A DNA stretch of 30,101 nt from Allobaculum fili (GCF_020969955.1 NZ_JAHDSX010000031.1:1-30101); one strand, 5' to 3'; shown: positions 10,589 to 19,965, numbered from the stretch's first letter. Made by a program: numbers and translations. Notes: generated by a model from the letters alone, not told the origin.

Positions 10589-11521
10589 TCAATCGTTATT
10601 TTTGCAAGCGCTGTCACCGGCCGTTTCGTCAGCGGATACACTCGCGGGATGCCAGGCGCGCAGCAGAGCAATCTCATCCGCATAGGGCGGTTTATCGTCG
10701 ATATAAGGGGTTTCCAAAATCTTGATGATGGAAGAGAGTCTTGGATTGTGTACGATGGCGCCCAGACTGTCCAGTCCGATCGTGCCTTTTCCGATGTTTT
10801 CATGGCGGTCCTTGCGGGCGCCTTTCGGGTTTTTGGAGTCGTTGACGTGCAGTACGGCAAGCCGTTCGAGACCGACCTGTTCATCAAACTGATCGAGCAG
10901 GGTGTCAAAATCGCTGACATCGTAGCCGGCATCGTTGAGATGACACGTATCCAGGCAGACTTTCAGACGGGAAGAATCTTTTACGCCATCGAGAATGGCG
11001 CGAATTTCTTCAAAGGTACAGCCAATCTCGCTGCCTTTTCCGGCCATGCTTTCCAGAGCGATTTCTACACTGGTCGAATCGGATTCGAAGACTTCATCGA
11101 GTCCTTCGCAAACCCAGCGGATACCCTCTTCTGCACCCTGCTTGAGATGACTTCCTGGATGCAGGACGAGATAACGGGCACCGATGGCGGCAGTGCGGCG
11201 CAGTTCTTCTTTCAGAAACTCCCGGCCAAAATACGCCGTTTCAGGTTTTAGCATATTGGCCAGATTAATAATGTAGGGCGCGTGGACGATAACCTGTTCT
11301 GTTTTCCATCCGGCGTCTTCCAGTACCGCTCTTCCCTGTTCAATTTTCAGCTCTTTTACCGGCTTGCGCTTTGAATTTTGCGGTGCGCCGGTATAAATCA
11401 TGCAGGCGTCCGCGCCGTAGCTGAGCGCTTCTTTAATGGAGCCTTCAAAATATCCGGGCGCTTTCATGCCGACATGGCAGCCCAGATACATTACGTTTTC
11501 CTGATAGGATTTGGCATTCAT
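10589..11521 (-). CDS. nfo: Deoxyribonuclease IV (endonuclease IV, AP endonuclease)
   Basis: YLGCHVGMKAPGYFEGSIKEALSYGADACMIYTGAPQN, IVHAPYIINLAN, LVLHPGSH and CLDTCHLNDAGYD...LHVNDSKNPKGARKDRHENIG are the Nfo TIM-barrel metal-binding motifs. Start moved to ATG 11521 (MNAKSYQ) behind AAAGGAGA. The track N-terminal extension lacks an RBS. Confidence 0.85.
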   Translation of the reverse strand: MNAKSYQENVMYLGCHVGMKAPGYFEGSIKEALSYGADACMIYTGAPQNSKRKPVKELKIEQGRAVLEDAGWKTEQVIVHAPYIINLANMLKPETAYFGREFLKEELRRTAAIGARYLVLHPGSHLKQGAEEGIRWVCEGLDEVFESDSTSVEIALESMAGKGSEIGCTFEEIRAILDGVKDSSRLKVCLDTCHLNDAGYDVSDFDTLLDQFDEQVGLERLAVLHVNDSKNPKGARKDRHENIGKGTIGLDSLGAIVHNPRLSSIIKILETPYIDDKPPYADEIALLRAWHPASVSADETAGDSACKNND

Positions 11522-11681
11522 ATCCATTTCTCCTTTATCGTTCTCTATTAGAATGTACGTATTTCTATGGATGACAGAGGCGTGTGTTCGAGCGTCTGGC
11601 CGCTCCGCCCTGTATTTGCATCTGATCAAGAGTATACGAAATTCGATTTCTTTTTGAGCGATCTGCCTTCCTGTATCCAGT

Positions 11682-11722
11682 AAAAAACGCAGCAGGCTTT
11701 CTTATCAAAAGGCTTGCTGCGT
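11682..11722 (-). terminator. Intrinsic terminator of the DEAD-box helicase gene
   Basis: The minus strand reads acgcagcaagcctttt-gat-aagaaagcctgctgcgt followed by tttttt. This is a long, nearly perfect stem 57 nt after the helicase stop. Confidence 0.75.
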
Positions 11723-11778
11723 GGATGAAATACAGAGGTTTAGCCAAGCGGTATGAAAAATCCGAACCGAATTTCCAG

Positions 11779-13131
11779 TTAGCCCTGTCTTGCGTTTTTG
11801 GCGCGCTGCCTGGCTTTGGCACGCTCGCGTTTCTGCTCGCGGATTTCGTTCTGAATCAGCTGGCGTTTGGCTCGGCGGCGAATCTTTTCGGCCTGCTCCG
11901 CTCTTTTCTTGCGGTAGTTCGGCTTTACTTTCGTCGACTTGCGGCCGCCGGTCAGACGGGAAACTTCCTTTGCGAGCGGATCAGCTTTCTTTGGACGGGC
12001 TGCACGATCCTTAACGGGAACGAGTTCGCCGTTTTTTACGTCCATTTCTTCAAAGACAATTCCCTGCTTCTTTAAGGTCGCAATGGCTTTGGCGTCTTTG
12101 GGTGAATAAATCGCGATGGCCATGCCGTCTCTTCCGGCACGGCCGGTACGGCCGGCGCGATGCTTGTAAAACGGCAGTTCTTTCGGGAAGCCGACCGAAA
12201 TGACATGGGTGATGCCCTCGAGGTCAATACCGCGCGAGGCGATATCCGAAGCGACGATGTACGACTTTTTCTGGGACTGAATGGTGCGGATGGCCTTCGT
12301 TCTTTCACGGGCTTCGAGGTCCCCGTGCAGTTCGACGAGGTCGTAGCCGTCATTGCGCAGTTCCTTAGCGAGCGCGGCGGCTTCCTGGTTGGTATTGGTA
12401 AAGATCAGGCAGACGTACGGATGAATTGCACTGAGTACATCTTCGACTCGCTGCGCATCCGTTTTGTGCTTGCGATCAATGAGAATGTGACGGATCTGTG
12501 CCGCAAAGTCTTCATCGCTTCCGATGCGAATCAGTTCCGGATTGGTCAGGTACTTTTTCAGGAACGGCTGAAGCATTTCCGGGATCGTCGCCGAGAAAAC
12601 CATAACGGTGACATCGTCCTTCATATGGGAAAGAATCGCGTCCACATCTTCAAGAAAGCCAAATTCCATCGTCATATCCGCTTCGTCGATGACCATGATT
12701 TTCGCTGTATCGAGACGAAGGGTCTTGTCGTCGAGAAACTGGTCTTTCATGCGCCCCGGCGTACCGATGACAATCTGCGGGGTGAGACCGCCTTCTTTCT
12801 TTTCCTGTCCGCCGGTAATCAGGGCCGTACGAACGCCAAAATGAGCGGAAATTTTTTTGGAACGCTCATACAGCTGCCAGGCCAGTTCGCGGGTTGGAAC
12901 GGAAATTACCGCCTGAACCTGATCGAGATCGGGATCGATCCGCTCAAAGATCGGCATGAAAAAGGCATGCGACTTACCGGATCCGGTCGTGGAAATACCG
13001 ATCAGATCCCGGTTTTTATCCTTGCGTTCAACTACCGCTTTTTGAATCGGGGTGAGTGTTTTAAACCCCTCAATTTTCATAATTTCTTCTATACGATTCA
13101 CAGAAACACCTCTTCCTGTATATTGTGGCAT
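11779..13131 (-). CDS. DEAD-box ATP-dependent RNA helicase (CshB-like) with a basic C-terminal tail
   Basis: Motifs present are the Q-motif GFKTLTPIQ, motif I TGSGKSHAF, motif II VIDEADM, SAT, and motif VI HRAGRTGRAG. The C-terminal tail is Lys/Arg-rich. The start is uncertain. The track start at 13200 would leave only 14 bp before divergent ispH. ATG 13131 or the GTG at about 13104 (behind AGGAAGAGG) are more plausible. Confidence 0.8.
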   Translation of the reverse strand: MPQYTGRGVSVNRIEEIMKIEGFKTLTPIQKAVVERKDKNRDLIGISTTGSGKSHAFFMPIFERIDPDLDQVQAVISVPTRELAWQLYERSKKISAHFGVRTALITGGQEKKEGGLTPQIVIGTPGRMKDQFLDDKTLRLDTAKIMVIDEADMTMEFGFLEDVDAILSHMKDDVTVMVFSATIPEMLQPFLKKYLTNPELIRIGSDEDFAAQIRHILIDRKHKTDAQRVEDVLSAIHPYVCLIFTNTNQEAAALAKELRNDGYDLVELHGDLEARERTKAIRTIQSQKKSYIVASDIASRGIDLEGITHVISVGFPKELPFYKHRAGRTGRAGRDGMAIAIYSPKDAKAIATLKKQGIVFEEMDVKNGELVPVKDRAARPKKADPLAKEVSRLTGGRKSTKVKPNYRKKRAEQAEKIRRRAKRQLIQNEIREQKRERAKARQRAKNARQG

Positions 13132-13214
13132 ATTTAAGAAGGTATCATGATTTGATGCCCATCCTCTCAATTGTACAGTCCGGTCGAAAAAACCGGCCAT
13201 TCAGGAGCTGACCT

Positions 13215-14129
13215 ATGGAAATTTTTGAAGTTCCCGTTCAGGGATTTTGCGGCGGTGTCAATCAGGCGATCCGTCTGGCCGAAAAAATCGTGAGCGAACA
13301 TCCAGGTGAAAAGATTACCGTTCTCGGATCGCTCGTCCACAATTCGTTTGTCAACAGTCATCTCGAAGCCCAGGGACTCCATATTCTGGAAGCCAAAGGC
13401 AAAACCCGGCTGGAGCTGCTCGATCAGATTGATGACGGTCTGGTCATCTTTACCGCCCATGGCGTCAGCAATGCGGTTCGGGAAAAGGCCAGAGAAAAAG
13501 GAATGGTCTGCATCGACGCGTCCTGTCCGTATGTCCTTTCCACACAGAAACTGATTGCCCAGAAACGCAAGGAAGGTTATACGCTTTTTTATATCGGTAT
13601 CAAAGCGCATCCCGAAGCGGAAGCCGCCATGGACTGCCGTCTGGAAAGCGATGCCCCATCGAACCCGTCCGAACGGCCTGCCTTTTATCTGATTGAAACG
13701 GAAGAGGACATTCCGGAAGGGGTAACCGGTAAGATTTTCGTCACAAATCAGACCACCATGTCCGTCTCGGGCTTAAAAGATCTGTTTGATCGAATCGCGC
13801 AGAAGTATCCGCAGGCCGAATTTGGGTCCGAAATCTGCAATGCGACAAGACTGCGGCAGCAGGCCGTCATGAATTTAAAGGATCAGGGCTATGATCTGCT
13901 CGTCGTGATCGGCGATCCCAAAAGCAACAACACCCGCAAACTGGCTCAGACGGGTCTGGAAGCTGGAATTCCCCATGTTCTTCAGATTGAAAGTGCGAGC
14001 GGACTGGACGGATTCGACTTTGCCAGAATCCAGAAAGTCGCGGTAACATCAGGTGCCAGCACCCCGGAATTTCTGAAAAACGAAACGATCGAGCGCCTGC
14101 ATCAGATCGACCAGGGGCTGAACAAGTAA
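13215..14129 (+). CDS. ispH: 4-hydroxy-3-methylbut-2-enyl diphosphate reductase (IspH/LytB)
   Basis: The three cluster-ligand Cys contexts are present: GFCGGV, DASCPYV and EICNATRLRQ. TAHGVS and NQTT motifs are also seen. AGGAG lies 7 nt upstream of ATG 13215. Confidence 0.9.
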   Translation: MEIFEVPVQGFCGGVNQAIRLAEKIVSEHPGEKITVLGSLVHNSFVNSHLEAQGLHILEAKGKTRLELLDQIDDGLVIFTAHGVSNAVREKAREKGMVCIDASCPYVLSTQKLIAQKRKEGYTLFYIGIKAHPEAEAAMDCRLESDAPSNPSERPAFYLIETEEDIPEGVTGKIFVTNQTTMSVSGLKDLFDRIAQKYPQAEFGSEICNATRLRQQAVMNLKDQGYDLLVVIGDPKSNNTRKLAQTGLEAGIPHVLQIESASGLDGFDFARIQKVAVTSGASTPEFLKNETIERLHQIDQGLNK

Positions 14130-14246
14130 TCCCGGCACAAATCGAAACAGCTGCCCGCTGCCGGCCAATCCAGACAGATCAAAATAAAATACAGGCCGGT
14201 TATAAATGGTACGATGCCTCTTATAAATGATTGCAGCAGATTTTGA

Positions 14247-15756
14247 ACGGCGCGCATACCGCACGTCGTGCCAGCAGGCATGCAATCGAGTATGGAAAGG
14301 AGCGGCGTCGACAGCTTCCTGTGGCTGATTGGCGAAGCTATCTTCCACTATTTGCCGGTAGCCATCACCTGGTCGATTACCCGCAAGATGAGGACCAGTC
14401 AGGTGCTCGGCATTATCCTCGGTATTACTCTCGTTTCTCCGCAGCTCTTAAACGCCTACGCGGTAGCTTCTACGCCGGTGGCAGATATTCCAGTCTGGAA
14501 TTTTGGCTTTGCGACGGTTCGTATGATCGGCTATCAGGCACAGGTCATCCCCGCGATTATGGCCGGCTTCATCCTCGTCTATCTCGAGCGCTTCTTCCAG
14601 AAGATCACGCCCGCAATTGTTTCCATCATCGTCGTTCCCTTCTGCTCCATCGTTCTGGCGGTTCTGATTGCGCATACGAGCGTTGGTCCAATCGGCTGGG
14701 TTCTGGGCGACTGGATTTCCAAAGCCGTTTACGCCGGACTCATGAATCCGTTTGGATGGCTGTTCGCTGGTGTGTTTGGCCTGCTCTATGCCCCGCTCGT
14801 TATTACCGGTCTGCATCATATGTCCGCAGCTGATCAGCTCGTATGGCGGAACGATCCTCTGGCCGATGATCGCCTTAAGCAACATTGCACAGGGCTCTGC
14901 CGTTCTTGGCTTCTCTTTCCTCACCCGTAAAAACGAACGTATCCAGCAGGTTTCTCTTCCAGCAGCCATCTCCTGCTACCTTGGCGTTACTGAACCGGCA
15001 TTATTTGGTATCAACCTGAAATACGGCTTCCCGATTATCTGCGGCATGATCGGCAGCTCGATCGCAGCCATGTTCTCCGTTGGCTTTGGCATCAGCGCCG
15101 TTTCCATCGGTGTGGGCGGTCTGCCTGGCATTCTTTCCATCTTTCCGCAATACTGGGGCTTATTCCTGATTGCGATGGTCATTGCGATCGTTATCCCGTT
15201 TGTTCTTACCGTAATCTGGGGCAAAACCCATCTCTCTGATGAAGTCCGCTATGGACAGGCGCAGAAAGAAAACAGGCTCACCCTCGAGCAGGCAGACAAA
15301 GACGTAATCCTGAACGCTCCGATGCGCGGAACTCTGCTTCCTTTATCCGAAATCAAAGACCAGGTATTCGCTTCCGGCGCCATGGGCCAGGGCTTTGCGA
15401 TCGATCCAGAAGACGGACTTGTGCTTGCTCCGTGCAATGCGGAAGTCATGATGGTCTTCCCGACAAAACATGCGATTGGTCTTAAAACGCAGAAAGGCGA
15501 AGAAGTCCTGATCCATCTGGTCATGGATACCGTGGAACTGAACGGCGAAGGCTTTACAATGCGTGTAAAACAGGGCGATCTGGTTACCGCCGGCGATCCC
15601 ATGGTGGAAATGGATCTGAACGCGATCCGCGCTGCCGGCAAGTCGGTTATCTCCCCTGTCGTGGTCACCAGCGGTCAGAACGTGAAGCTGCTGGCTGACG
15701 GAAAGGTGGAAGCCTCCGAACCGGCTGCCGTTATTCTCCCTTCTTCCAGCATTTAA
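14247..15756 (+). pseudogene. treB: Trehalose-type PTS EII(B)CA permease pseudogene, 5'-truncated and frameshifted
   Basis: The first frame (from 14247/14268) reads FLWLIGEAIFHYLPVAITWSITRKM...LGIILGITLVSPQLLNAY...YAPLVITGLHHM. This matches recalled TreB/TreP EIIC from about residue 130-150 onward. No EIIB domain or first TM helices are present, and an in-frame TGA sits at 14244-14246. The reading frame breaks just after GLHHM (14808-14822). It continues in the +1 frame as PQLISSYGGTILWPMIALSNIAQGSAVLG...LGVTEPALFGINLKYGFP. An EIIA-Glc domain follows (about 15310-15756; KHAIG, IHLVMDTVELNGEGF). Confidence 0.8.
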
Positions 15757-15880
15757 AAAACGCAGTCTTTTAAAAGACGCAGCGAAACAAAATCATTTTA
15801 ACCTTTACATCGCTGACTTTTCATAAGTCTGCGATGACCCTCTGAACTGCACTTTGGAACTGATTATGGAAAGGAAATGT

Positions 15881-17518
15881 ATGGACTGCTCAAAACAAGT
15901 CGTGTATCAGATTTATCCCAAGTCCTTTCAGGATACCACCGGAAACGGACGCGGGGATTTGAACGGCATTACCTCACATCTGGATTATTTGCAGGATCTT
16001 GGCATCACCATGATCTGGTTCAACCCGATCTTTCCCTCCCCGCAAAAGGATAACGGGTACGATGTCAGCAATTACACCGCCATCAACCCCGACTACGGCA
16101 CGATGGACGATTTCGAAACGCTGGTCAGTGAAGCCGGAAAGCGCGGAATCGGCATCATGCTCGATATGGTATTCAACCACACGTCAACCGAGCACGAATG
16201 GTTTCAGAAAGCTCTGGCCGGCAACAGGAAGTATAAGGACTACTACATCTGGAAAAAAGGAAAAGACGGTCATCTGCCCACCAACTGGCCGTCCAAATTC
16301 GGCGGCCCAGCCTGGCAGTATGTCGAAAAATTTGACGAATACTATCTGCACCTGTTCGATCCTACCCAGGCGGATCTGAATCTGGCCAATCCGGATGTGC
16401 GAAACGAACTGGTCAATGTTCTGAAATTCTGGATAGAAAAAGGGGTCAAAGGCTTCCGTTTTGATGTCGTAAACCTGATTGACAAAATGGCGTTTGAAGA
16501 CGCACCGGAAGGCAGCGAAGGCAAGGAATTTTATACCGATGGTCCGAAAGTCAACGACTATCTTCATCAGCTGCATGTCGAAGCGCTAGGCAATGCGGAT
16601 GTCCTGACGGTCGGCGAAATGTCCGCAACGTCCGTGGAAAAGTGTTCCGGCTATTCGAAACCCGAAAACGAAGAGCTTTCCATGTGCTTTAACTTTCATC
16701 ATCTGAAAGTCGACTACAAGGATAAGCAGAAATGGACGCTCATGCCCTTCGACTTTCAGGAACTGAAAGATCTCTTCTTTGAATGGGATGTGAAAATGGA
16801 AGAAGAAGGCGGCTGGAACGCGCTGTTCTGGAACTGCCACGATCAGCCAAGAGCCCTTTCCCGCTTTGGCGATCCCGTCCATTACCCGAAGGAATCCGCA
16901 AAAATGCTGGCATCGGTGATCTTTACCCGCCGCGGTACTCCGTATTTCCTGTACGGTGATGAAATCGGCATGACCAATCTCAACAGCCGTTCTGTCGCGG
17001 ACTATGACGACGTTGAATCGCACAACGCGGCGGACATGCTCAAACACGAGCAGCATAAGAGCGATGACGAAATTCTCGCCATTCTCCAGGCAAAAAGCCG
17101 CGACAACGGCCGTACGCCCATGCAGTGGACGAATGGGACAAACGCCGGGTTTACAAGCGGCCAGCCCTGGCTTCGCCTCAACGACAATCTCGAAACCGTC
17201 AATGCAGAGTCGGTTTTACAGGAAGAAGACTCCATCTATGACTACTACAAGAAACTCATCGCGCTCAAGAAAACAAATCCCATCCTGCAGCACGGAACGA
17301 CCAGAACGCTCCTTCAAACGGACAAAAATCTCTACGCCTATGTGCGAGAACTCGATAGCGAAGAAATTTTATGCGTCCACAATTTTTTCGGACACCCCGC
17401 TCCCCTTTCGCTCGATCTTCATGAATACGAGCGAATCCTGTCCAACTACAGTGATTTTGATCCGGATGCTCTCGCCCTGCGTCCGTACGAATCGCTGATT
17501 CTGAAAAAGAAGAACTAA
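15881..17518 (+). CDS. treC: GH13 alpha,alpha-phosphotrehalase (trehalose-6-phosphate hydrolase), apparently intact
   Basis: VVYQIYPKSFQD...GDLNGITSHLDYLQDLGITMIWFNPIF...DMVFNHTS, GFRFDVVN (nucleophile Asp), VGEM (acid/base Glu) and NCHDQPR are the GH13 catalytic regions. Adjacency to a TreB-like PTS gene supports phosphotrehalase over oligo-1,6-glucosidase. Start moved to ATG 15881 behind GGAAAGGAAA. Confidence 0.7.
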   Translation: MDCSKQVVYQIYPKSFQDTTGNGRGDLNGITSHLDYLQDLGITMIWFNPIFPSPQKDNGYDVSNYTAINPDYGTMDDFETLVSEAGKRGIGIMLDMVFNHTSTEHEWFQKALAGNRKYKDYYIWKKGKDGHLPTNWPSKFGGPAWQYVEKFDEYYLHLFDPTQADLNLANPDVRNELVNVLKFWIEKGVKGFRFDVVNLIDKMAFEDAPEGSEGKEFYTDGPKVNDYLHQLHVEALGNADVLTVGEMSATSVEKCSGYSKPENEELSMCFNFHHLKVDYKDKQKWTLMPFDFQELKDLFFEWDVKMEEEGGWNALFWNCHDQPRALSRFGDPVHYPKESAKMLASVIFTRRGTPYFLYGDEIGMTNLNSRSVADYDDVESHNAADMLKHEQHKSDDEILAILQAKSRDNGRTPMQWTNGTNAGFTSGQPWLRLNDNLETVNAESVLQEEDSIYDYYKKLIALKKTNPILQHGTTRTLLQTDKNLYAYVRELDSEEILCVHNFFGHPAPLSLDLHEYERILSNYSDFDPDALALRPYESLILKKKN

Positions 17519-17543
17519 TGCTTTCTCTTTGTATCCCGAATAC

Positions 17544-17596
17544 AAGGCTCTGATCTTCTGCAGCACATGCAGAGGTCTCAGAGCCTTTTCCTTTTG
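17544..17596 (+). terminator. Intrinsic terminator of the phosphotrehalase gene
   Basis: The outer stem is aaggctctga (17544-17553) pairing with tcagagcctt (17578-17587). There is an inner ctgcag..tgcag pairing, and the hairpin is followed by ttcctttt. Confidence 0.65.
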
Positions 17597-17715
17597 CTTT
17601 AGACCGCCTCCTCTCTGTCTTCTTGCCGCCGGCGATTCGTCGCAGGCTGCTGAATACCCGCACCGCCGATCGTCCCCGCAGGATTCCCCTTTCTATTCCT
17701 GATTCGAAGTCCTAT

Positions 17716-17782
17716 TAAAGAAAAACGTTCAGATTTCGCCTCGCCTTTGCGAGTGAAGCGAACACCTGAACGTTTTTCTTTA
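17716..17782. terminator. Bidirectional hairpin terminator bounding the vWA gene
   Basis: aaaaacgttcag (17721-17732) pairs with ctgaacgttttt (17766-17777), with further internal pairing (ttcgc/ctcgc...gcgag/gcgaa). There is an A-run on the 5' side and a T-run on the 3' side, so it can terminate either strand. Confidence 0.65.
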
Positions 17783-17871
17783 TTAGACTTGATTTCCTAT
17801 GCCTGAGGGCAGCTGCGGCTGTCTTTTCGGTTTCCATGCTGTCTCTTCATCTTCGGAATACGCGAAGATCT

Positions 17872-18528
17872 TTAAAAGCGTCTTCGATTTCGTTTCTTTT
17901 CATCGCTGCGGATTTCATTGAGGCAGTCTTCCTCCAGAATACCGCTCTCCCGTACACAGGCCGCTGCAGCGCTGACCGCCTCAAAATTCAGCTCTGTCCC
18001 TTCCGCATCGGGTACGTAGCTTGCGGTGAATCGGGCATCAATTCCGATCTCGGAGCCTGCTTTTTCGGCATCGATATTGGCGCCGAGGAAAATAAATTTC
18101 CAGCCGTATTTTTCTTTTTCGTACTCAATCATCTTTCGAATCTGGCTGGCGGAATAGTACATGCTGTCGTTTTCCAATCCGTCCGTAATGATGACAAACA
18201 TCACCTGGCTAGCTCGGTATTTCGGATTCATGTGCCGCTGTGACGCGATGATCGAATCCATCGTCCTTCCTACCGCATCATAGAGTGCGGTAGACCCGTG
18301 CGGTATGTAGTCTTTACGGGTCATAGGACGCACTGCCTGAAGATCGAGGCGGTTGTGGATTGTATGCGCCCTGTCGTTGAAGAGAACCGTTGTGACTTTG
18401 CAGTCGCCTTTTACATGACGCTGCTTTTCGAGCATGGAGTTGAAACCTCCAATCGTATCTTCGGTCAGATTGTACATGGAGCCGCTCTGATCGAGAATAA
18501 AAACAAGTTCAGTTAATCCTGCTGTCAT
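17872..18528 (-). CDS. Small cytosolic single-domain vWA protein (YegL/TerY-like) with intact MIDAS
   Basis: 218 aa. The MIDAS motif is DQSGS (residues 13-17), with a conserved Thr in HGSTALYDAVG and ITDGLEN. There is no signal peptide. The C-terminal part, GWKFIFLGANIDAEKAG, is typical of the short TerY-like vWA proteins as I recall them. A strong RBS, AAAAGGAGG, lies 9 nt upstream of ATG 18528. Confidence 0.75.
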   Translation of the reverse strand: MTAGLTELVFILDQSGSMYNLTEDTIGGFNSMLEKQRHVKGDCKVTTVLFNDRAHTIHNRLDLQAVRPMTRKDYIPHGSTALYDAVGRTMDSIIASQRHMNPKYRASQVMFVIITDGLENDSMYYSASQIRKMIEYEKEKYGWKFIFLGANIDAEKAGSEIGIDARFTASYVPDAEGTELNFEAVSAAAACVRESGILEEDCLNEIRSDEKKRNRRRF

Positions 18529-18647
18529 AGAAGAAAACCTCCTTTTCTGGATGAATCCATCCTACAAAAGAAGGCTTTTCTTCAGGTCGCCCGAAAAGCG
18601 ACATTTAAAACGGTACGGCGACATCCAATTGGCCGGCTGTCTGAGCA

Positions 18648-19691
18648 TCAGAGCGAGCCGAGCAGCGGCTGATCGTAGAGAAAGAGAACCTCATTTATTT
18701 TAAAAATGTCGTATTTCTGCTTCTGGATAAAGAATTCAACAATCACATCGAACAGCAGCGAACGCGACAGAGCGTAGCCCGCACTTTCGAGCAGCTCATC
18801 GGTTTCCTGGAGAGTAAGCTTCAGCGCTATGGCCAAAGACAGGATCGTTTTCTTGCTGGGGATGTAGTTTTTGCGGCTTCGGATTTTGGAAAAGAGCTTG
18901 CGATCGAGATTGGCCCGCTTATATACATCCACATCGCTCATGCCTTTGGCATCAATCAGATGGAAAAGCTTCTGATTAAACGGTTCATCGACGATAAAAT
19001 GGTCTTCCTCGTCTTCAGGCATTCCTTCTGCTGCGGCAGCAGTTGCAAAATGAGGCGCTTCAACGAGTGAAGGTGCGGCGTGGACAAGCTCTTCCTCATC
19101 ATCCAGTTCAAAATCATCCAGTTCAAAGGATTCCGACCGTGATCGGTCAGTATGTTCTTCCGCATAATTGTCTTCAATATAGCTTTCCACTTCACCGGCC
19201 AGTTTTCGACTTTGCGCGAAGGATTCCCGGTTAAACACCACCAGATAGACATCCATCTCATGATCTTTCAGAAAATCCAGAATGGTCGTCATGGCGACCT
19301 GAAGCGCCTGGTCTTTAGGAAAGCCGTAAATTCCGCTGGAAATCAGAGGAAAGGCAAGACTGCGGATCTCATTTTCATCGGCCAGCTGCAAAGCACTCTG
19401 ATAGGTTCTGGCAAGCAGGGATCTCGCCTCTTCTGGAGTGTAACTCGCAAAAACTGGACCTGCCGCATGAATGACGTATCTTGCCGGCAGCGCAAATCCA
19501 GGCGTAAGAACCGCCTGTCCGGTCGAAATGGGTGCCAGAGGCTTGCAGGCTTTTGCCATTTTTGCCGCGCCTGCTTTCTGAAAGATGGTCCCGCACACGC
19601 CGCCGCCCTGGGCCAGTGATCGATTAGCCGCGTTCACAATGGCGTCGACGTGCATTTCCGTAATATCATTTCGAATGAGCTTAAATGGCAT
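18648..19691 (-). CDS. Macrodomain (ADP-ribose binding/hydrolase, MacroD/YmdB-like) fused to a C-terminal helix-turn-helix-like domain
   Basis: The N-terminal motifs are DAIVNAANRSLAQGGGVCGTIF, VIHAAGP and FPLISSGIYGFP (macrodomain ADP-ribose pocket). The linker is acidic. The C-terminal segment DVDVYKRANLDRKLFSKIRSRKNYIPSKKTILSLAIALKLTLQETDELLESAGYALSRS resembles XRE-like HTH modules common in Firmicutes. GGAGGG lies 6 nt upstream of ATG 19691. Confidence 0.75.
   Translation of the reverse strand: MPFKLIRNDITEMHVDAIVNAANRSLAQGGGVCGTIFQKAGAAKMAKACKPLAPISTGQAVLTPGFALPARYVIHAAGPVFASYTPEEARSLLARTYQSALQLADENEIRSLAFPLISSGIYGFPKDQALQVAMTTILDFLKDHEMDVYLVVFNRESFAQSRKLAGEVESYIEDNYAEEHTDRSRSESFELDDFELDDEEELVHAAPSLVEAPHFATAAAAEGMPEDEEDHFIVDEPFNQKLFHLIDAKGMSDVDVYKRANLDRKLFSKIRSRKNYIPSKKTILSLAIALKLTLQETDELLESAGYALSRSLLFDVIVEFFIQKQKYDIFKINEVLFLYDQPLLGSL
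19098..19127. repeat. Perfect 15-bp tandem duplication in the macro-HTH linker (encodes FELDD FELDD)
   Basis: atcatccagttcaaa occurs at 19098-19112 and is repeated exactly at 19113-19127. Confidence 0.9.
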
Positions 19692-19965
19692 ACGTGTCCC
19701 TCCTGCCTGCTGTCTGGTTTTTCAATCGTCTTCTTTTATCGTACACAGATTTGAAGCCGAAACGAACGAAGAAAACGGAATTTCCGCTTCCGCAAGCGCA
19801 TTTCTATTTATACTGTTTTTATTGATTATTCGTATAGTTTGATTTCTATTATCATCTATATATTGCAAACGCTTTTCGAACCCGGGATACTGGACAGAAG
19901 AAAAATTCAATCCAGTTGAATTCATCAGAAAGGACAAAATTTGTACAGACAGAGAAATAGATACG

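Noticed and set aside
11522-11629. N-terminal extensions in the ORF track (nfo, and similarly DUF4438-like, glyQS, patB, PP2C, helicase, treC, CHAP)
   Set aside because: In each case an internal start has a good Shine-Dalgarno at proper spacing and matches the usual family N-terminus. The upstream extension lacks an RBS or overlaps promoter or terminator elements.
12160-13137. 325-aa plus-strand ORF
   Set aside because: It is antisense to the DEAD-box helicase, which carries all helicase motifs. This is a shadow ORF.
13836-13856. CNATRLR in the ispH product, which resembles the PTS EIIB active-site motif and might have been the missing EIIB of the truncated PTS gene
   Set aside because: It is in frame within IspH, and it is the known third Cys-ligand context of IspH (C-x-AT-x-x-RQ). 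It is not a PTS remnant.
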